DNA of 14,589 nucleotides from an uncultured Deferribacteres bacterium (lineage in GTDB: Bacteria; Zhuqueibacterota; Zhuqueibacteria; Zhuqueibacterales; Geothermadaptataceae): the NCBI GenBank assembly GCA_964014485.1, contig CAXHAT010000198.1, positions 1 through 14,589 on the forward strand. Reading direction: 5' to 3'. Position numbers and translations under genes: made by a program. Within the stretch, counting starts at the first letter, position 1. Every line of letters begins with the position of its first letter. The notes beneath the pieces are model-generated. The model made no database searches. It saw nothing but the letters and a program-made list of their open reading frames with translations, and had not been told where the DNA came from. Positions 8,755-14,589 of the stretch are shown piece by piece.

Positions 8755-10422
8755 TTAAAATCTTGACCCGGGCAGAACAACGTCTGCGTGCGCCCATGCT
8801 TTTTCAAAACGCACTTTGACGCTCTGCGCTTGTTTTGACTTGCCTTGCGCCTCCATGCTTTGTTGCAAGCCTCGCAGAGACCATCCGTTTTCGGGGTATT
8901 TTTCCAAATCTTTCAAATAGACATTTTCCGCTTCTTTCGGCTTCCCCGCTTCGAGCAAAATAGCGCCGAGATTGTGCCGCGCCGGGGAGTACCACACCGG
9001 CGGCTCGTCATAAGCCAATTTGTCCTCCATTGCCACTGCCGAACGTAAATGCTGGATCGCTGCGCTGAAGTCTTTTTTCTTCGCGGCAATTTCTCCGGCT
9101 AAAATTTCCCGCGCAATTTGCATCAACGCATACGTTGTGTTCAAATCCCAAATCGTGACGTGGTACAACGATGTGTCGGCGGCGATTTCTTTCACTTTGG
9201 CAAGCTCGGTCTGTGCCTCAGCGAGCCGATCCGTTCTTGTCAATGCCATGCCGCGCGCGAAATGCCAAATGCCGGTGGGGTAGAGCAAATCTTTCGCCGG
9301 AGCCGATTCTTTCAAAAGCTCTTCCCAACGCCCGAACTTGGTCAACGAATAGAGCGGAATCGAAGCGAACTGCTGCAACGTGCCGTAGCCGGGCTGACGC
9401 ATCAAATCGTGATCCTGGTGCTCGGCCATGTAGCGCGCCGCGTAAATCGCCTTTTCGCTATTGCCCGCCATCGTCGCTGAAGCCGAGAGAAAATGGTGGT
9501 TGTGAGGCATGTACGCGACCGGGTAAAGCCCCTGCGCGTGGCATTGCGTCACATAATCGCCGTCCGCCTTGATCGCTTTTTCGTTGGCGATCACCGCGTC
9601 GATGTAACGCCCGGTGCGAATGTAAATGTGCCCCGGCATATGTACGAGGTGCCCGGCGCCGGGAACAAGATCACCCAAGCGATCCGCCGCCACGGTTGCG
9701 CGTCCTGGATTTTTCGAAGCCTCGACCGTGTGAATGTAAAAATGGTTCAACCCCGGATGATCCGGCCAGCGCGCCAACGCCCTTTCAAGCACTTCAATGA
9801 TTTCCGGCGTCCAGGGCTTGGGCGAACCATCAATTTCCCAAAAATCCCAGGGATGCAAATCCATCAGCGATTCGGCGGCCAGCGCCGTTGCATCGGAGTC
9901 GTCCGGATAGCGCTTGGCCAATTCTTTCATCGCCGCCGCATAAGCTTCGTCCAAATGCTTGCGGTCTTCAACCGGTTCGGCGATGTAACGTTTGGACAAT
10001 GCCTGAATGTACGCCTGCTCCTTTTCGCTCGCTTTGGGCGCAAGCTCCAGCGCCTTTTGAATCGCGGCGTAGGCGTTCGGCACTTCCGCGTCTTCCATTG
10101 CGGCGTTGATGTTGGGGCCGAGCACCAAAGCCACGCCCCACCACGCCATCGCGGTGTTCGGGTCGAGTCGGGCGACTTCGCGGAATGACCGCTCCGCTTC
10201 CTTGTGATTAAATCCGTACGACAGCGCCATGCCTTGATTGAAATAACGCTGCGCCAATTCGTTGTCGGTGGTGATGGCGTGATTTCTGTCGCCCATGCCT
10301 TCCAACAGCGGGGCGATACGTTCGCTGTTTGCCGCGCCTGAGTTATCGCCGCAACCCCAATTGGCAAAGCCGACCGTCGCCGACAGCAAAAATGCGATCA
10401 GGTAAAATTTTCTATTTAACAT
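8755..10422 (-). CDS. Exported TPR-repeat protein (possible lipoprotein) with His-rich motifs, function unknown
   Basis: Signal peptide ending ...FANWG|C; TPR-like segments (AQRYFNQG...EAERSF, ARHNLGAILLEAGKPKEAENVY..DL..YPENGWSL); motifs HPGLNHFYIHTVE, GHLVHMPGHIY, HNHHFL. SD AAGGAGAAGG. Confidence 0.85.
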   Translation of the reverse strand: MLNRKFYLIAFLLSATVGFANWGCGDNSGAANSERIAPLLEGMGDRNHAITTDNELAQRYFNQGMALSYGFNHKEAERSFREVARLDPNTAMAWWGVALVLGPNINAAMEDAEVPNAYAAIQKALELAPKASEKEQAYIQALSKRYIAEPVEDRKHLDEAYAAAMKELAKRYPDDSDATALAAESLMDLHPWDFWEIDGSPKPWTPEIIEVLERALARWPDHPGLNHFYIHTVEASKNPGRATVAADRLGDLVPGAGHLVHMPGHIYIRTGRYIDAVIANEKAIKADGDYVTQCHAQGLYPVAYMPHNHHFLSASATMAGNSEKAIYAARYMAEHQDHDLMRQPGYGTLQQFASIPLYSLTKFGRWEELLKESAPAKDLLYPTGIWHFARGMALTRTDRLAEAQTELAKVKEIAADTSLYHVTIWDLNTTYALMQIAREILAGEIAAKKKDFSAAIQHLRSAVAMEDKLAYDEPPVWYSPARHNLGAILLEAGKPKEAENVYLKDLEKYPENGWSLRGLQQSMEAQGKSKQAQSVKVRFEKAWAHADVVLPGSRF

Positions 10423-10604
10423 CGTTCCTTCTCCTTGATGTTTCTCTGCGAAAATTCTCGGCCACGAGAATTCTCAAACTTGACGCAAGCAAGATACGAC
10501 CCCGCGTCCAGTTTTCCGCCCTTGACTTCGATGGGTTTGAAATTCAAGAAAGGCGAGAACCTGTCAATAGCAATAGGTTTGCATAAAAGCAGGCCGGATT
10601 AGGA
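10392..10604. repeat. Degenerate direct repeat, copy A (TPR gene upstream region plus first ~10 codons)
   Basis: Manual alignment to 11049-11247: 34/46 identical in the first block and 55/74 in an ungapped block (10512-10585 vs 11153-11226). Mismatches are mostly transitions; one ~15-bp indel. Confidence 0.9.
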
Positions 10605-11048
10605 CAATTTTTTCAGAATCTCCTCAGCCGCTTCAGGGATCACCGTCCCCGGCCCGAAAATGGCCGACGCGCCGTTTTCATAGAGAAAATCATAGTCCTG
10701 CCGAGGAATCACCCCACCAATAATCACCATTATATCGTCGCGCTCATATTCTTTCAGCGCTTCAATAAGCTGCGGCAGAAGTGTTTTGTGCCCGCCAGCC
10801 AATGAACTCATGCCGATAATATGCACATCGTTTTCCACCGCCTGCCGCGCCGTTTCCGTCGGGGTTTGGAAGAGCGGGCCAATGTCCACGTCGAAGCCAA
10901 GGTCGGCGAAGGCGGTGGCGATGACTTTTGAGCCGCGGTCATGGCCGTCCTGCCCGATTTTCGCCACCAAAATACGCGGGCGACGTCCTTCTATTTTCTC
11001 AAACGCTTCGACTTGTTTGCGCACCTTTTCGATTTGTGCGTTCTCGCC
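10599..11048 (-). pseudogene. scpA: 5'-truncated methylmalonyl-CoA mutase (only the linker and cobalamin-binding domain remain)
   Basis: [63 protein letters not shown]...SSLAGGH...GGVIP...IFGPGT contains the DxHxxG B12 motif in the context typical of single-chain ScpA/MutB. Homology stops at ~11048 and the catalytic barrel is absent. The ORF is open from GTG 11024. Confidence 0.85.
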
Positions 11049-11247
11049 ATGCGAGTAGATAAAACCTTCTACCCGATATCATTCCTTCTTCTTGCAGTCT
11101 CTTTCTAATACTCCCGACCATAGGTATTCTCAGATTTGATAAAACGTCTCGTTTTTCCGCTCTTGACTTCGATAAGTTTGAGGTTTAACGGCAGTGAAAA
11201 CCTGTCAATTGCGAGAAGCTTCCATAGGAAAGTAAGCCAGACCAGAA
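11049..11247. repeat. Degenerate direct repeat, copy B (relic TPR-gene upstream region and start; encodes [11 protein letters not shown] vs MLNRKFYLIA)
   Basis: See copy A. Shares CTTGACTTCGAT, AACCTGTCAAT and the SD-like AGAAGGAA. Confidence 0.9.
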
Positions 11248-11401
11248 ACAGCAAATCCGGCTTCCCCTCCATTAAGCAAGATTGCCTTGTGCTTATTACT
11301 ATTTGTTACTATTTTGAAACGTGGGAACGGGCGGACTTCAAAATTTCAACACTGTATCGCTTGGTAATGAATCCCATTATTTTGCATGAGAGATAGTCTT
11401 G

Positions 11402-11447
11402 GAATCTCTGACTGTGTTTCTGGTACCAGAAACACAGTCAGAGATTC
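11402..11447. repeat. Perfect 46-bp palindrome with no spacer
   Basis: GAATCTCTGACTGTGTTTCTGGT|ACCAGAAACACAGTCAGAGATTC: 23/23 bp complementary, centred on GGTACC. Confidence 0.97.
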
Positions 11448-11528
11448 GTACTTGTATGGGGCGGATTATGCGAATCGCACTTCACAGCTTAACTCATAAG
11501 TCAGGATTGGAATTGCAGTATATCAAAA

Positions 11529-12140
11529 ATGGGTAAGAAACAGTCAAAATCCCACATAAGTTCACCACTAAAAATTGCTATCCTTGGTGCAATAGCTATG
11601 ATACTCGCTGCACTTATTCAAGCTATAATACCTTTTATTCTGACATCTTTTGACAACAACAGTCTTGACAAACAAACTGGCGAAGAATTGGTCACAATTC
11701 CTAATGTCGTAAATTACAGAATCGAAAAAGCTGTCGAAGAATTGCAGAAAATAGACATTGAAGCCAAAATCACCGAAGAAGAGAGTGAAATTCCTTCTGG
11801 AACTATAATTAGACAAAGCCCCAACTTTGGCTCTAAAGCAAAAAGGGGAATCACAGTCACCTTAATTACAAGCAAAGGATTGCTCGGTAATTCTTATAAT
11901 GTTGTTGAGACTATTTTATACATCCCAGAGGTTATGGTGGGAGCTGAGATACTCGTTGACGATAAACCCGCGCTCATAGTTAAGGCCGCATCCAATATTA
12001 TAACTATTCGTGTAAAAAAGAAATCAACAAACCACGTGATTACTTTGAAAAAGGGAAACCGGACTTGCTCCGTTACTGTGCTGATAAGCGATAAAACACG
12101 TACATTATTTCCTTGTAGTTATGTAAAGGTTGAAAAATGA
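11529..12140 (+). CDS. Membrane-anchored PASTA-domain protein with C-terminal PEGA-like beta domain
   Basis: Basic N-terminus, then TM IAILGAIAMILAALIQAIIPFIL; PASTA VTIPNVVN...AVEELQK...GTIIRQSPNFGSKAKRGITVTLITSKG; GAEILVDDKP...HVITLKKG and two Cys. Stop overlaps the next ATG (ATGA). Confidence 0.8.
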   Translation: MGKKQSKSHISSPLKIAILGAIAMILAALIQAIIPFILTSFDNNSLDKQTGEELVTIPNVVNYRIEKAVEELQKIDIEAKITEEESEIPSGTIIRQSPNFGSKAKRGITVTLITSKGLLGNSYNVVETILYIPEVMVGAEILVDDKPALIVKAASNIITIRVKKKSTNHVITLKKGNRTCSVTVLISDKTRTLFPCSYVKVEK

Positions 12141-13078
12141 AATTTTTGTCATTGATCCTTGTTGGACTCATATTCGATAGCGATAGTTTTGTATTTGCAC
12201 AAAGCAAAATCCAGCACTTTAAGAATGTATATGTTGTAGATTTCACAACAAGAGATCGTGAAAAGAATGGCCATACTTCAAAATTCGCCTATGACTTTGA
12301 GGCTGCTCTAGTTCAATATGGCCATTTTTCGGTACTAGAGCGCCATATCTATGATCGCGTTTTATCTGAATTAGATAGAGAGCGAGCATTGGCAAACATT
12401 ATTCAGCTTACAAAACCTTCATTAGATAGCTTAAAGGCCAAACATGTTGATTTATTGATTTTTGGCGAGGTCTTTGACGATATTGAGAGCGGTCAAATCA
12501 ACATCACCGTATCTTTTCAATCTTTTGATCGGGCTAAAGTTCTGGTCGAGAGTATTCTATATCCCCGCGGGCTTTTAAATGATGCTCGTAGCCGTAAGGA
12601 AGCAATGCGAAATTTGGTGAAAAAAATATATTCAAACGACAAGGATGAGTTCGTTTCTACAAAGCTTATTTATGTAAAAGGTTTCAATAATCTTACCAAT
12701 CATAGTATTTCTACACAGCATCATTCCGTATTACAGAGTACTTTGAAAAATACTTTAGTAGCAGTAAAAACATTGAAGGTAACTGAAAATCGAAATCATG
12801 CAGATGTTTTGTTGCGGCCAAAAATAACCAGCATAGACATTACAGAACGAGATACGCGTGAGTATTTGAACGAAAAAATAATTCAAGTAAAGTGTGTGCT
12901 TGAACTTATTTTGACTGATGTTAAAACTAGTCAATCAACGTTATCTGCTGTAATTGAAGAAGATCATAAATACCTCTTGTCAAGAATTGATGAGATCGAT
13001 TTGCCGTTCGACATAGCGATGAAGACATTACGAAAATTCCGTGTAGACGAATTACTCAATAGGATGGACTCAAAATGA
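12137..13078 (+). CDS. Secreted protein with CsgG/FlgO-like N-terminal domain and LptE-like C-terminal domain
   Basis: Signal peptide ...VFA|Q. Domain 1: VYVVDFT...AALVQYGHFSVLER..DRVLSEL...VDLLIFGEV. Domain 2: IYVKGFNN...LKNTL...LKVTENRNHADVLLRPKITSI...LTDVKT. ATGA overlaps at both ends. Confidence 0.65.
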   Translation: MKFLSLILVGLIFDSDSFVFAQSKIQHFKNVYVVDFTTRDREKNGHTSKFAYDFEAALVQYGHFSVLERHIYDRVLSELDRERALANIIQLTKPSLDSLKAKHVDLLIFGEVFDDIESGQINITVSFQSFDRAKVLVESILYPRGLLNDARSRKEAMRNLVKKIYSNDKDEFVSTKLIYVKGFNNLTNHSISTQHHSVLQSTLKNTLVAVKTLKVTENRNHADVLLRPKITSIDITERDTREYLNEKIIQVKCVLELILTDVKTSQSTLSAVIEEDHKYLLSRIDEIDLPFDIAMKTLRKFRVDELLNRMDSK

Positions 13079-14496
13079 AAAGAGTTATCGATTCCGTGAT
13101 AGGTTTACTTTTTTCTATTTTTTCTATATCTATTCTTGGATGTGGGTCTGGCAATTTATTACGAAAAGAAAGTAATATTAATTATAAACATCTTGCTAAA
13201 GTCCTAGATGTAATCAATGAAACGGCTATTGATGAAGGGTTTCAACAACTTGCGATACTGAATTTTTCTGATTCAGATGGTCGCACCACAATTTACAGTC
13301 GCAACTTTAATACACAGTTATACAAGAAGATTTCTTTATTTGATTCACAACAATATAATGTCATTTCTCAATCGGAGTTTAGAGACGTTCTTAATAAACT
13401 TCAAATTGAAGATTTTGGCTTTATTCAAAGCGCCGATTTGCAACGATTGCATAAAGAAATGCCGACCCTTGACGCAATCGTAACGGGAGCAGTCAGCCTA
13501 AAAGAAGGGCCGAAAATTATATTTTTCAAGTCTAACGGTGAGATTTTGCATTGGCAGAGGGAAATAACAAAAATTGTTTCAGATCTGGTAGATACACTAA
13601 AAGAAAAAGCAATAGAACCCCTTGCTGTTTCTCAATTTGTTGCTGAAAATGATGGCAAGCCAAATGGGTTTAGCAAATATATGACAGCTATAGTTAGGTC
13701 TGAATTGGTAAAGGCTGGTATAGACGTTATTAGCCCTGAAGAGATACCGAAAATTGTTGAACAGTGGAAACTTCAGCATTCAGGTATTACAGATGATCAA
13801 ACCGCTGTTGAAATAGGTAATCTCGTGAATGCGAGGAGCACGCTAACAGGTAGCGTGTCAGGAAATCTTTCTTCTAGTTGGAATATTAATGCCAAGTTAA
13901 TGAACGTGGTAACTGGAATTATCGAATGGGAAGACAATTTGTTGAGTGCCGAAGATCAAGTTATTCAGTTTAATTTCCCATTTGCACTTACAGATGAGGA
14001 CTCATTATTGCTCAATGATAATGAAAGACGCCTAATTCATAGTATAATCTCAGATGAAAACCTCAGTTATTCAGAAAAGGATTACTATGTAACTTCTGTT
14101 GTATCACTTGCTCGAATTCGACGCAATTCAGAAATCGACGCAGACACTCGATTTGCTTCTTATGTTTCTTCGCGACTTGAAAAACTTGACAATGACTTGA
14201 AGTATGAATTGACACAAAAGATCAAGTCTTTAAAAGAAACGGAGGAAGAAAACTCTAAGAAACGCGAAAACGAACGGGACAGGCTTCTAGCTGAGTTTCT
14301 CGAAAATGAAAAGACGAGAATGCGCAGAGAACATGATTTGGCAATAAGTCATCTTTTACAACTCAAGAATTTGGTTGGACCTAAGAACTATGCAGAAGAA
14401 TTAGGTCAAATTATTGAACAGTTAGGAAAAATACTTGCGGGATTAGAAACGTATACCAAGGAACAGCAACTTCCAGCAAAAGAAGGTTCAAACTAA
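13075..14496 (+). CDS. Lipoprotein with two tandem CsgG/FlgO-like domains and C-terminal coiled coil
   Basis: Lipobox ILG|C. Repeat 1: LAILNFSDSDG...YNVIS....RDVL...DAIVTGAVS. Repeat 2: LAVSQF..NDG...IDVIS....KIVEQWKLQHSGITDDQTAVEIGNLVNARSTLTGSVS...INAKLMNVVTGII. The last ~120 aa are E/K/R/L-rich. Confidence 0.75.
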   Translation: MKRVIDSVIGLLFSIFSISILGCGSGNLLRKESNINYKHLAKVLDVINETAIDEGFQQLAILNFSDSDGRTTIYSRNFNTQLYKKISLFDSQQYNVISQSEFRDVLNKLQIEDFGFIQSADLQRLHKEMPTLDAIVTGAVSLKEGPKIIFFKSNGEILHWQREITKIVSDLVDTLKEKAIEPLAVSQFVAENDGKPNGFSKYMTAIVRSELVKAGIDVISPEEIPKIVEQWKLQHSGITDDQTAVEIGNLVNARSTLTGSVSGNLSSSWNINAKLMNVVTGIIEWEDNLLSAEDQVIQFNFPFALTDEDSLLLNDNERRLIHSIISDENLSYSEKDYYVTSVVSLARIRRNSEIDADTRFASYVSSRLEKLDNDLKYELTQKIKSLKETEEENSKKRENERDRLLAEFLENEKTRMRREHDLAISHLLQLKNLVGPKNYAEELGQIIEQLGKILAGLETYTKEQQLPAKEGSN

Positions 14497-14589
14497 TACT
14501 CAGTCAAGATTTTAATTGTGGCTAGAGATTTTTAGGCTCTATATGAATTTGTGTGGGTAACGTTATTCGTTTCGTATTTTTTTCAAGTC

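Larger units (their letters stand above)
11250..14589. other. AT-rich, probably horizontally acquired segment (right boundary not in window)
   Basis: Spot counts of 60-bp lines give 28-38% GC here versus 48-62% in backbone genes; many ATA/TTA/AGA codons. No integrase or transposase is visible. The left boundary is approximate. Confidence 0.7.

Noticed and set aside
9493..10188. 231-aa + strand ORF and the other short ORFs nested in the peptidase, GT-PGT and TPR genes
   Set aside because: Antisense or alternate-frame by-products of codon bias; no motifs and atypical composition.
11150..11270. Possible cobalamin riboswitch upstream of the mutase fragment
   Set aside because: No GCCACTG/B12-box arrangement is visible on the - strand; the sequence is explained as a copy of the TPR upstream region. 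An Infernal search would settle it.
11136..11396. 86-aa ORF at the island edge
   Set aside because: TTG start with no SD; it runs through the non-coding repeat copy B and has no motifs.
1..14589. CRISPR array, tRNA/rRNA, integrase, transposase or reverse transcriptase
   Set aside because: No regularly spaced repeats, cloverleaf signatures or matching catalytic motifs were seen by eye.

Overview
Bacterial (diderm) chromosomal window. The backbone (~1-11250) is about 50-55% GC by eye, and the right end (~11250-14589) is clearly AT-richer (~35% GC from spot counts). The backbone encodes a secreted S9 peptidase (-), divergent from a Gfo/Idh/MocA oxidoreductase and an 813-aa fusion of an ExoA-like GT2 with a WcaJ/ExoY-like priming phosphoglycosyltransferase (+). 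On the - strand it then carries a glycine-zipper/beta-barrel outer-membrane protein, a single-domain clan AA aspartic protease, a decayed SnoaL/NTF2 pseudogene missed by the ORF track, a Gly-rich RRM RNA-binding protein, a His-rich TPR protein and a 5'-truncated methylmalonyl-CoA mutase (B12-binding domain only). The mutase fragment is bracketed by two ~70-75% identical ~200-bp copies of the TPR gene's upstream region plus its first ~10 codons, which looks like a recombination scar. The AT-rich segment opens with a perfect 46-bp palindrome, followed by a translationally coupled three-gene envelope operon: TM-PASTA-PEGA-like protein, secreted CsgG/FlgO-like + LptE-like protein, and a lipoprotein with two CsgG/FlgO-like domains and a coiled coil. 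This operon is the best candidate for an undescribed system. All family calls come from motif recognition by eye; no searches were run.
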